This document shows positions 10,635 through 22,694 of a stretch of DNA of 64,000 nucleotides, piece after piece. The position numbers and the translations under genes are program-made. The notes under the pieces were generated by a model that had not been told where the DNA came from, did no database searches, and saw only the letters and a program-made list of their open reading frames with translations. The number at the start of each line of letters is the position of its first letter. Position 1 is the stretch's first letter. The stretch is from Tubulanus polymorphus (Eukaryota > Animalia > Nemertea), in the NCBI RefSeq assembly GCF_964204645.1, contig NC_134026.1, positions 16,278,150 to 16,342,149 of the forward strand, in the 5' to 3' direction.

Positions 10635-11499
10635 CTTAATACTAATTTTTTTTTTAAATTGATTTTAGAAGTTCAATGATTTAAATATGTATTATTTCAA
10701 TCACACTTTACTAACACTTTTAATGTTTAAAAATCTAACTCATACAAATATAAATATTGAAATATTGAAATAATGTTTAAAATGTACCTATCTATCTATT
10801 CTATAAGAGCTCGTTAATTACTCGTTATTTTAAATTGAATAATCTATCAATTTATATGTTATTCATATAAATTTTGTTTATATATGAATATTTTAAGAGT
10901 AATAGGGGTTTAGTTGGTTCAGGTTAAAGGTCGAAAGGGCGAGTGAGTAAAAAATGAAAAACATGAAAATAATAACAATTTCTACTTGAATTAGGAGTGA
11001 AACTCATAAAAAATAAATTCGAGCGTGCGAGAATTATTTTTCATTTTTATGAGTTTCGCGACCGGTTTCATATTGGAGTGTGCTTCGGCGGGCTGCAAAT
11101 CCTGGCAAGCGAGGATGGATTCTATAAACCAGGCTAGCATTCATCCCAGGTTAACAAATATCACAAAATCCAATCCTAAATATATTATGCACAAACGGCA
11201 CGAGCAGTGAAGTGGTCAACTGACGCCGGATTTATCCAAAATAGTTGGATGAGGTCGTGCAAATAATATTGGTGAATTGGCCATCCTCTCTGAACTCGCC
11301 ACATGGCGAGTTTAGAGTCAAACCTTACATCAACATTGTGTACTGTGCGCTGTCGACAGTGGAATGCGATGATAACCCATGTTAACCAACATTAGATCAA
11401 CGCATCCAAATAACATAGCTTCAAATTTAAGCGGTTTTAATTTGGTCAGTAAACTAAATTTTTTTCAGTGGCATATAAATCTGAATATAACCACCGAAA

Positions 11500-12990
11500 C
11501 CACGACTATGCACAATACTCAGATTAAACAACTAAGCTACAGGGAGAATGTACACTAAAACAGCTGTAATTGATGTAGGACTGACCCTTGTGGTACCCCG
11601 TAAGTGTGCAGACCATTAATGACAACCCACTGTTTCTGCGATCTAGACTGGTAGCACTATAATGCAGTACCATTAATACGTAAAGTCAACTGTAACGATC
11701 GATATGAATCACATGAACGCCTGCGTTGAAGCCTGCACTTAAATCGAGCAAGATCAAGACGACCCTCTACCGTTCTCATCTACGATGAAGCGCAATCACT
11801 CTGTACCTTTAGCATAGTTGTTTCAGTGCTATGACCTGGTTTGTAGGTCGACTGAAACGAGTCGTACGAGTTGTAGAGACCATTAAATTAAAATCAAAAT
11901 TGATTTGTTTTGAATAGTACGAAGCTATCTGAAATGAATATGTAATAACAATAACCCTTCCGAAGTTGGACTTGTTAAAGATGACCCCAAACATAAGGAT
12001 AACTGCTGAGAAAGGTACATGATTGAGGTGTACATGTTTGGTGACTTGCTAATAATGGTGGAAAGCTCATTTGCTGATGGGTAGAAAGACAGATAATTCG
12101 GAATTATCTGCCTTATGGTACATAGGAATTTCCGACCATAAGGTTCACCCTCACGTAGTAACGAAATATCGTCGTGGAAAAAGCTCATACGGATCGAATC
12201 GATTTCGTTCGTGAAGAATTTAGCAAACTTGATTTTTATTTTGTCTCCATAAGTAGGCTGCTTTGATAATCATTAGCAGTACGAAACAATTAGTATCGAA
12301 ATGTCTGCCGTGTTTTACCCAAAGTGTGTTCAGCAGCACGTTTAGTAGACTTTCCCTGATACGAGTCCAGCTGTAAACGAAGGATGTACTACTAGCAGGT
12401 ACGAAACGTTTATTAGCTAAAGATACTGATGACACAATTCAGCTGCATCTTAGTCCCTGTCTAGGTGGCAGCAGCGACATGATATCCGAGATAACAGTAC
12501 CCTAATCCACTTTGTGCAGTTTTCTCACAACCACCTCAAGTCTAGCACACACAAAATTTAAACATGGTCAGTCACCACATCGCTATACCAAATATCTGTA
12601 TTAAGATGAGACTCGCACGGTGATAACTGTATCAAACGTATGGCATAACCAATGCGTTGGAAGGGTCATGCGTTGTACCATGTTGAGAGAGTTAAGTAAA
12701 TCGCACAATTTCTTAGTGTCGGGGGAAAGGGCTGCGTCCAGATCGAAATGAACATCCTCAACGATTAGAAATAGGGTTAGTGCTGGATATTCGGCAATCA
12801 AAATCCCTGTGTACCCGTATATGATAGACATTCCGATAGCATAGATTCACTTTCCCGCCAGAGTTATTTTTTATCCGTAGATTACTGTATGCGTTTGCTT
12901 GGACAACCATTAGCAATAGGCTTTCGACGTGACATTTATATCCAGCCGCACGTCTACTTAGTGGTCTCATTGAGCCCTAGTTCTTTGATT
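11500..12990 (-). mobile_element. Degenerate non-LTR retrotransposon (L2/CR1-group) EN-RT remnant
   Basis: Minus-strand GVPQGSV (about 11578-11599), LILLDLSAGF (about 11727-11760) and APE-like LPTHWLCHTFDTVIT; boundaries approximate. Confidence 0.7.
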
Positions 12991-14291
12991 GAATAGTTGG
13001 ACATAATACGAAATTAACGTGGAAAAATAATTAACAACTTCCTTGTTCGTTTCCGGACAGCAAAATAAACAATTCTTAGAAATGAAGTACCTAATAATAG
13101 TAATAATAAATCCTCAAAAAAGGAGAAATATGTGAGATTAAGTGATTTTTCCCACCTAACGACCTCGCAAAAATCCCAAGCAAGACGTTTAATACGCTAT
13201 CCGTATGATGTCGCCATCTTGTGTCAAACAGACTTTACAGATATTTCGAATCAAACCATCATTCGGGACCGCCCTTGGCATAACCTTATGCCGCAACTAA
13301 GAACTGGGAGCAGCCGTATGAAACAGGCTCCATCTACTAAGATGAACATAACATAATTTTTGCAGATAGTTTCAACGGGTCACTACGAGTGATCGATCTT
13401 GAGTGAATCGAGCTACCTAAGAGGTCATTGCTAGAACCAACTAATAAATTTTGATTGTTGGTGGCTTATGATGAATGGTGGGAGTAAATATATTGTGAAT
13501 TACGGCGTGTAGGCCTACTAGCGTAGGCAACATGACTGATAATAAAATTAATGATATTCGATAATTATACAAACGTATAGGCGCGCCCAAATACATACAT
13601 GCACGTATGTGTCAAGGTTCCATTGTTATGTGGGCCATCTGCAGAATACTGCTATTAATATGTTACCAGTGTCGTTCAGAGGACATAATTCACGCTTTAA
13701 GCATCTCCACAAGATCGGACAGTGCCATGCAGTCAATGGAAATTTAACCGTTTATGAAACTAGCACGTGCCCTAGGAGGACATCTATCTATTTCATATAG
13801 ATGACAATCCAGGCCGAAAATCTCAATTAAGTGCAGTCAAGTTTGTTTAATTCGTATCACTTGAGACCGGCATTTTTGTACGAACTACGTAAAATAGCAA
13901 ATTGTGATTTCAGAATTTCATTAATTTCACCGACCGATAGGGAGGGAGGGCATAACGAATGAACGATGGTTCATGTGCTGCTGCACACTGCAGATAATCA
14001 ATATATCGACAACTCTTACCGGCTCGCTGTTACAATTGGCGAAGATACTAACGAATTACATGAAAATATAATTTCAGTTACGTGATGGTTTTATTCGGAA
14101 AATGCTTTGGAAATGAAGGTGACTTCACGATATCAAGACTTACATAAATATACGAATTAACCAGCTACGGGTCAAGCGAACTTGAGTAGCGAAATTAACT
14201 AGAACTAAATTTCGCTAAGCTCAGCAGAAAGGAGAAACAAGGTACCAATTTTTCTGTCTAATTTTGTCTGTAAAGTATGGTGGCTGATAAG

Positions 14292-14596
14292 TATGGCGGC
14301 TGATAAGGGCCATCGTAAAAAAAAACACGAATATACAAATGAGGGCGACATTACGACAAAACGACAAAACTAAAATAACGCTACAAAACAATAATTTTTG
14401 TTTTGTCGCCCGCGACATTTCATTATTTTTGTTTTGTCGCCCGCGACAATTCAATATTTTTGTTTTGTCGCCCGCGACAATTCAATATTTTTGTTTTGTC
14501 GCCCGCGACAATTCAATATTTTTGTTTTGTCGTCCGCGACAATTCAATATTTTTGTTTTGTCGCCCGCGACAATTCAATATTTTTCAGCCACCATA
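14292..14596 (+). mobile_element. IS3EU-like MITE (inner), complete
   Basis: TIRs TATGGCGGCTGA ... TCAGCCACCATA; perfect 6-bp TSD GATAAG at 14286-14291 and 14597-14602; about 6 internal 31-bp units. Confidence 0.85.
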
Positions 14597-14691
14597 GATA
14601 AGGGCCATGCGTGAAAAAAACACGAATATGCAAATGAGGGCGACATTACGACAAAACGACAAAACTAAAATAACGCGACAAAACAATAATT

Positions 14692-15784
14692 TTGGTTTTG
14701 TCGCCCACGACAGTTCATTCTTTTGGTTTTGTCGCCCGCGACAATTCAATATTTTGGTTTTGTCGCGCGCGACAATTCAATATTTTGGTTTTGTCGCGCG
14801 CGACAATTCATTCTTTTGGTTTTGTCGCGCGCGACGATTCAATATTTTGGTTTTGTCGCCCGCGACGATTCAATATTTTGGTTTTGTCGCCCGCGACAAT
14901 TCAATATTTTGGTTTTGTCGCGCGCGACAATTCATTCTTTTGGTTTTGTCGCACGCGACGATTCAATATTTTGGTTTTGTCGCCCGCGACAGTTCATTCT
15001 TTTAGTTTTGTTGCGCTCGAAAATTCAATATTTTGGTTTTGTCGCCCGCGACAATTCATTCTTTTGGTTTTGTCGCCCGCGACAATTCAATATTTTGGTT
15101 TTGTCGCGCGCGACAATTCATTATTTTGGTTTTGTCGCCCGCGACAATTCAATATTTTGGCTTTGTCGCCCACGACAATTCATTCTTTTGGTTTTGTCGC
15201 ACGCGACAATTCAATATTTTGGTTTTGTCGCCCACGACAATTCATTCTTTTGGTTTTGTCGCACGTGACAATTCAATATTTTGATTTTGTCGCCCGCGAC
15301 AATTCATTCTTTTGGTTTTGTCGCCCACGACAATTCATTCTTTTGGTTTTGTCGCCCGCGACAATTCAATATTTTGGTTTTGTCGCGCGCGACAATTCAT
15401 TATTTTGGTTTTGTCGCCCGCGACAATTCAATATTTTGATTTTGTCGCCCGCGACAATTCATTCTTTTGGTTTTGTCGCCCGCGACAATTCATTCTTTTG
15501 GTTTTGTCGCCCGCGACAATTCAATATTTTGGTTTTGTCGCGCGCGACAATTCATTATTTTGGTTTTGTCGCCCGCGACAATTCAATATTTTGGCTTTGT
15601 CGCCCACGACAATTCATTCTTTTGGTTTTGTCGCACGCGACAATTCAATATTTTGATTTTGTCGCCCGCGACAATTCATTCTTTTGGTTTTGTCGCCCAC
15701 GACAATTCAATATTTTGGTTTTGTCGCCTGCGACAATTCAATATTTTGGGTTTGTCGCCCACGACAGTTCATTCTTTTGGTTTT
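14692..15784. repeat. 31-bp minisatellite, about 35 units, palindromic core TTGTCGC-nn-GCGACAA
   Basis: Unit ttttggttttgtcgcccgcgacaattcaata; resumes at 16709-16815 after the LTR. Confidence 0.97.
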
Positions 15785-16708
15785 TGTCACGACCGAATGG
15801 GGTCGATAAATTACTACTTGTCAAATCTATATATCTTCACTCAGCGTATCCTTGCTTTATTATGTAAGCTAGGTGTACCTTGCTCTGTTGACCGTAACGT
15901 TTACGGCATTTATAAGCCTTTACTAGCCATATATCGTGGCAGTATATTATAAGCCTGCGTCGAGTATATATCGCAGCTGCCACGAGCGCGATTTGCCCGA
16001 TACGTGGGGTAAGTTTTACACGAGTTTTATATTTTCTAGTTTTCCATGATTTATAGTAACAATTCAGTAGTTTCTTGGCGTGAACGTCGAAATTTAGTAA
16101 AGGTTATTGCGACTTAAATATATAAGTGAGATTCTTACGTCCTTTTTGACATTTAATTATAATTATATATTAAGTATAATTGTAATTGTGTTCTTACATA
16201 GTTAAAATGATAATTAATGATAGGTAGTTAATTTAGGTAACTTTAAATCATTATTTGTAGTATTTGTATGTTACTCAAAATGTGTTTTTGTGTCTAGCTT
16301 ATATTTTGTAGCTAACGCCTGCCAGTGGCTTATTGTATCTCCGGCTATACGTGCCGCGTCGATAAGTTCACTTTTTCCGGCTACAAGTGCCGAGGTTACT
16401 TCTCCGGCTATAAGTGCCGAGCGATTTTTCATCTTGTTTCCTACAAGTGCCGAGTGATTTTTCATCTTGTTTCCTACAAGTGCCGCGCGATTTTTCATCT
16501 CGTTTCCTGCAAGTGCCGCGATCCATTGCGGACCGCATGGTTTGATGCAGCTGTTAATTGTTATTTCGCCGTGAAAGATCTTTATTGCGCCGAATATAAG
16601 TATCTGTCTGCTAGTACCTGTATATAGTGTAAATAAAAATATTCATTTCCAACGTGACGAGTTTCCGTTATATGGTTTGAGGTTTCCCGGTCACGTGACC
16701 TCGTGACA
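15785..16708 (+). mobile_element. Solo LTR (924 bp)
   Basis: TGTCACGA...TCGTGACA termini; 5-bp TSD GTTTT at 15780-15784 and 16709-16713; AATAAA at about 16632; internal short tandem repeats at 16330-16520. Confidence 0.85.
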
Positions 16709-17037
16709 GTTTTGTCGCACGCGACAATTCAATATTTTGGTTTTGTCGCCCACGACAGTTCATTCTTTTGGTTTTGTCGCCCGCGACAATTCATTCTTTT
16801 GGTTTTGTCGCCCACTTAATTAGCTTTTGAATACTTAGGCCAATTAATAACGTGATAAAGACTCATGCTTTCGCCTATTTTGAAGTCGATTAATCTGATA
16901 TAGTGTCGATTATTAAGGTCATTTTGGCAGATTAATTTTTTTAAATAAAGTGATATTAAAGCGATCATTCAAGTGATCCTACTTAATGAAAGATCACATA
17001 TTATTTCTTTTTCTAAAGATGTACGGAAGCTTATATG

Positions 17038-17500
17038 TACGGAAGTACGGAAGCGATAAAGGGCCTCGAGATGTCGCGTTCAAACACGACAAGTCGCCAT
17101 ATTTATGTCGACATATCGCGATATATCGCATCAAGTCGACATGAATATGTCGACATATCGTGACGTTTTCACGACAAATTTCGCTTTTTCGCCCATTTTC
17201 CACGGGACAATCCGTCATTTGAAGACACGTCTAAATGTAAGATGAGGATGCCAGTGATATGACGACTGAGTTTCAAGTCGTCATGAATATGTCGACTTGT
17301 CGCGAGGAAAGTGGTCGAGAAAACGAAATATGTCGTCAAAACGTCGGAAGCGATAAGGGGCCTCGAGATGTCGCGTTCCAACTCGGCAAGTCGTAATATT
17401 TATGTCGATATATCGCGATATATCGCGTCAAGTCGACATGAATATGTCGACATATCGTGACGTTTTGACGATATATTTCGTTTTGATGATATATTTCGCT
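17038..17500 (+). mobile_element. Second IS3EU-like family (TACGGAAGCGATAA-GGGCC start), two partial tandem/nested copies
   Basis: About 125-bp CpG-rich direct repeat starting at about 17048 and 17345; the terminus resembles TATGGTGGCTGATAAGGGCC. Confidence 0.5.
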
Positions 17501-17557
17501 ATGGTACAAGAAGTTTATTTAAAACGAATTGAACATGGGCTGGGCTATATAACATGG

Positions 17558-17593
17558 GATATATATATATATAGATATATATATATATATATA
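17558..17593. repeat. (AT)n microsatellite
   Basis: Direct reading. Confidence 0.9.
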
Positions 17594-20369
17594 ATTTTTT
17601 TTCCTGGGTCCCATTGCAGACTGACATAAATCACTGTTCTTCAACAGTGGCCCTGGCCACCATAGTTACGCTTTTGACGTCATTATGGGGAAGATGCGCT
17701 CTGATTTGTTGTTTAGGGAATACCATCAGCCGCTGAGGGTCTGAGCTTAGCTGAACGAGGAGGACACACCATTTTGATGTCTAATGTGTAAGTGATGCGT
17801 CTTTTTAGCGAATACGATAGAATTATCTAATTTAATGAATTCAGCGCGACAATGCTGGGTCCAATATCGTTAGAATTCTGACTTTGATTTATGCCGTGTC
17901 AATGTCTTAAGACGTGCACATCCTCTGCGAAGTAAGCAAGTGCGGCGTGATGGTAAACCTTTTTGTAGTGTGAATACCAGCCGAAGTACGGGTCCACGTC
18001 TGACGCCTAACTATCAAATAGAGGATAATTTCGGTTTCGTGCAGTGAAACCATATATTTTGTCCGCAATTGAAACACTTTTATCAAATCAATTAGATCAA
18101 TTTTGCCTAAATTATCTCAAAAACGTAACTGCAGGAAGCCCAGACTTTATCGATTTGAATTGAATTTATTCTTACTGTGATAGACGGAATAAGTTTATTG
18201 AATTGAAAAACTAATACTTCGATCCTTGATTATTCTTGACGTTATATTTGTTGATGAAACTAATTTATTTGAATGATGTACTTCTTCACAATTTGAAATA
18301 AGAATACGATCTACAAATATATACGTACGTTTGTCATTGGCATCAAACCAAGTCAAAATCCGTAATTTCCCACATGAACACAACAACATTTTCAAATGTG
18401 TACAAATTTGATTCATTCCGTAATGGCACTAAAATCCCGCAAACAAAGTGCATGGTTTAATATCTTTGTTGGTTTGACGATAAAACTAGTAGTTAAATTG
18501 CCCTAACTTATTCATACTTTCTTAGTGATAACGAGTAGCCTTTACATCCTCATAGAAAAGGCAGTCTTGTTGATGTTTGTATCATCTATAATTAAGTTTT
18601 AAAGCAAAATTGCTCGAATATTTTTGTTGATATTGTTGCAACAATAACATTGCGATGACAAATAAATTGTCATTACAAGGCCTGTGCGATGTTTATTTTT
18701 CACTGAAAGATTTTATGTGGAGATATTTCTGAAAATATTTTCAATAAAGTTTTAATAAGTTATACAACTTTTTTTTCAACTTTGGCTGTTATTCATCTGC
18801 TTTCAAGAGGCATCCAGTGATGTGAAGTTTGAAACTGGAATGAATGGATAGAGCATCAAACATAATCCTACATAGTTTTTACAAGTGCAAAGTTCTACCA
18901 TGTGGTGATCTCCGAGAAATTAGGCTCAAAAAGCATTATTTTGCTCTTTTGTTTGTGTTTTTGTCGAAATATTAAGTCCTGCTGCCTTCTTAAACTTCTC
19001 CAAGGTAAGACGTACACGCTCTGCCGGCAAATGTTTAACCAGTATCTAGGATTATCAGGTTATACAGTTATTTCCATCGTAGCAATCAACTGTAATAATT
19101 ATAAGGTGCCATGTACGGTCGACTTGATGAAGCTATACCAGACTGTTTCAAAAAGAGTTTTTGCAAGAATTTGACATTTTTGGTTGTATTTTGCAAACAT
19201 GATACCGTACTAGTAAAAAACCGTATACGCCTATTGCATGACTACCCCATTCTCAATGTATAATACCATAATTGACTAATTGATGATAATTTACACCGAA
19301 CACTGTTACAGAACCAATATGCCCACACATTGATATATCCAAGCTCTTAAGATCATCCCTTGCTAATTCATAAATAGCTGGAAAGCAGCAATCATGGGTT
19401 TTCATCTAAACAATTATTTTTTTGGAATATTATTACTACAACTTTTAAAATTCCAAAAAGTCTTAATTTTAAAAGATATCTAAGCACAAATGATGACATG
19501 CATATCTGTCATGTTTGTCAATTCGTGAAAGAGCAAGACAAGTATACTTGATAAGTTTAACTACATTAACCCCCGGCCGCCCAATAGGGCTTCGTTATTT
19601 TCCATCTTTTTTCAGTTTTTACGCATATTTAGAGTTTAATTGATCGTGATTCCATCGTTTTCCATCTTTTTTTCAGTTGTTTTTATCGCCTATTCAAGAA
19701 GATTAGAGTTCAATTGATTGTGATATGCAATGATTTGACACCTGTCGTCAGATTTAAATGTAATTACTTTTCTTTATCACATTATTTTCAAGTATTATGG
19801 ATCGAGTCCAGTATGGTTTTGTGGGTCTTATTTTACATCTGGAGAAATATTTCCTATGTTACATATACTGATCATTATACAACCATAATATCTATTGCAA
19901 CTAAGGTGACCAGTCAACTGAAGAAAGATAATCATTAATTCCTTCCTTCGATTCGGGTTTTTCATGATTGATTGATACAAAATGGACGCATACATGGGCG
20001 AACGTTGTGGATAGATGAATTAGATTTAGTAAAGGAAAATCATAACATGAAGTACTAAACATCATCAGCCACATTGGAAGATATTTCCGTCTGTGTAGAA
20101 ATTAGTGAACAAACCTATAGCCTACCAGTGAGGAAGTTCATGACCTATTTTTCTTATTATTGTAACGCTGACATGTTTACGTCTCCCCATCGGCCAGGGT
20201 ATCCTGCTAGTTGTCTATAAGTGTAGCCGATGAGCGTGTAATTCCAGTCGGCCTAAGAATTGACGGACATAAATTGATAATTAGGATATCTTATAAATTG
20301 GATGTGTTTTTTGACAATTGATGTCAATAAAGTTCAAATTGTGGTGCATACCAATGTCACTTCAGACTT

Positions 20370-20787
20370 CAGGCCCGTCACTTGGGGGTTTCGGGGGGTT
20401 CGAACGAAAAAATGGAGTTCCGCTCGTTTTAAAGCAAAAAAAAATATTAAGCGACCTCCCGTCGTCCGCTGTTGCCAGCGTCCATTGTACTTCCGTTGAC
20501 GTTAATCGGGCGATTGACATATATGCGAAACTACATCCCAGGAGAATGGTACTTGATAGTCTCATCGCTTAGTGAAACATTTTTGACGTAAATGCTCCAA
20601 ACAATGTTGACGATGCTGATTAAATTACAACATTTTATAATAAATCTGTTCATTTATACCTTGCTTATATATCCACGGGAAATCGCTCAGAGGCCATATC
20701 TGAGCACCAAATTTTCAGACCGCCCCTACTTTAGTTACGGTTCATTAAATACGAACCCACCCGCGATTTCGTGAGCTGACGGCCCTG
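20370..20787. mobile_element. MITE with CAGG(C/G)CCGTCA TIRs and 5-bp TSD (hAT5-like)
   Basis: CAGGCCCGTCA...TGACGGCCCTG flanked by GACTT on both sides. Confidence 0.7.
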
Positions 20788-21302
20788 GACTTTTCATAAT
20801 CAATTCTAGATTCTAGTCATGATATTTCCGTACACCGAAAGGAGATCACTTTCACTTTTACCAGGGTATTGATCCTTTTCGCCTGCAATATCTTTTTCAT
20901 TCAATTAAGAAATGGATTAAATTCACCGAATCTTTCCATCCTCATATTTATCTAGGTCCGATCTACAACTAAAGGATTTGTCGTTAGTGGCATAAACAAG
21001 AACACCCCTTTGGACATTTTAAGCCTGTGATTTTCTTAACTGATAATCAGGTATGCACAACGATACATTTTGTCGGTCAAAAAGGTTTCCCAGATCATGT
21101 CAATTTGCGAAGTAAGTTGTTGCCTTAGAATCATCAATTATCATCAATCATCAATTAGTTTACCAAGTTTAGAATGGAGACTGTATTTGTTCAATTGTAG
21201 TTTATTGAGATGTTTATTAGGTCTAAAAAATGTTTTTTTTCCTCGTGAAAAACGTTTTCGATGTGTTTTGTTATGCCGTGTGTGGGGAATCAAAACGCAA
21301 AA

Positions 21303-21627
21303 CGCCGAACAGAAAAACGTTTTTCACGAAACAAGCTCTGCTTGAATTGCGAAAATTTGTGTAGTCGAAAACAGTTTCGTCCCGTGTGCGGTGGATGTTT
21401 TGTGTTTTGCAAAACATCCACGGCTGAATAACCGATCAGCGAGCAACAATGCATCACATGGAATTACAACAATTAATGTGAATAACTGAGTTTATTGTTG
21501 TCTCCGTGGATTCCATGGCGCAAGAAATGTTTTCTGCGCGTTTTCGTTATGCCGTATGCGTTGAACGTTTTTCGCAAAATATCGACTCAGAACGTTTCGT
21601 AAAAACGTGTTTTCTGTTCGGCGGGCT
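21303..21627. repeat. Inverted-repeat MITE remnant (Harbinger-like)
   Basis: cgccgaacagaaaaacgtttttcacgaaac is inverted relative to gtttcgtaaaaacgtgttttctgttcggcg. Confidence 0.55.
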
Positions 21628-22599
21628 TATCAGAAAGCACGTTAATATCATCAGGCACTAGGGACATTGATCGTTATTATGTATAGATTCATCCTCAATG
21701 ATCGAGCTTGAAGATAAATCTTTGTCCTTTATGCTAATTTATAGTTGTTTAAGAATATCATTGTTACCAAGTCACATTTGAATGAATATAACGATACAAA
21801 TATAATAACAACAATTTCTATGATAAAAACAATAATGATTATCATTATTTTTATCAGTATGACATTGATAAGTTCAAGCAAATAGTAAAAGGACAGAATT
21901 CAAATAAAAATCAATTTAGAGAAAAAATAAAGTCAACTTTTCCGAAAAGAAATCCCCGAAACTGCGGAATTTACATAGGTAGTTTTTTCATTGCGTTCGT
22001 TTATCGGATCAATCAGATCCTTTCGGATAAAAATTCGTTTAATTGATAATCACTAAATACGTGTATTATACCTGAATGTAGTATAAGTAGATACATTCTT
22101 AGATACAATAAATTCGTATAATTGATACATATATCCAATTTATTATTGTGGAACATCATAAGGGTGTCATGAGTATACAAACTATAGTATATACTTGAAT
22201 TAAAAAATACTACAAATTTCCAGCCCCTTAATACTAAAGTAGTACTTAAAGTTATCACACAGAGTTCATCGCACTAATATATTACACTAGCTTGAATCTA
22301 AAATATCTAGAATTAAAAGTTCATTATTGCTTGTAATTCATGGCATTGCACTGCTCAAATATACCACAAGTCAACAAGAGTTCACAGCACAATAATATTC
22401 CAGTTCAAATGGTTATGTTACAAATAAAAATTTCATTATTCTTATTAATTCTAACAATTAATTTTATTCTAAGAGTTTACTTAAAGAATTTATCCCAACG
22501 AAAGATTCCATTGCGCAGTTCAAACAAATTTCAGTCTCATCGCAAATGAACAAAATTGGAGAAACATTCTGCTTTGAAATGTTCTTGAAAATCACCAAG

Positions 22600-22694
22600 T
22601 GGGGATTTTTACCTACTTTGAATATTTGGGGATTTTTACCTAGCGGATTTTTACCCAGGTGATATTTACCGAGGGGATTTTTACCTACAACCGG
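22600..22694. repeat. Subterminal GGATTTTTACC repeat cluster of a DNA transposon end
   Basis: Five imperfect copies ending ...cctacaaccg. Confidence 0.55.

Larger units (their letters stand above)
1..11070. mobile_element. Polinton/Maverick (adintovirus-like) endogenous element, copy 1; decayed, left part outside the window
   Basis: Very AT-rich, gene-dense block with the integrase end, packaging ATPase, capsid-like ORFs and fragmented protein-primed PolB. Ends in the AGTAATAGGGG motif (10898) shared with the other copies. Confidence 0.92.
14276..16815 (+). mobile_element. IS3EU-like non-autonomous element (outer) with 31-bp tandem array; right end missing
   Basis: Starts TATGGTGGCTGATAAG-GGCCAT, interrupted by an inner copy and a solo LTR; the array stops abruptly at about 16815. 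Confidence 0.65.

Noticed and set aside
1-11070. Bacteriophage or bacterial contamination
   Set aside because: Joined to LINEs, MITEs and an animal GPCR; the gene set is Polinton-type with an rve integrase and chromodomain.
14221-15952. Long ORFs (up to 391 aa) over the array
   Set aside because: Artefact of a nearly stop-free 31-bp repeat read in all frames.
16271-16627. Repetitive ORFs on both strands
   Set aside because: They derive from tandem repeats inside the solo LTR.
14396-16815. CRISPR array (31-bp palindromic repeats)
   Set aside because: Units are head-to-tail with no unique spacers, there are no cas genes, the context is eukaryotic and the array is bounded by transposon ends.
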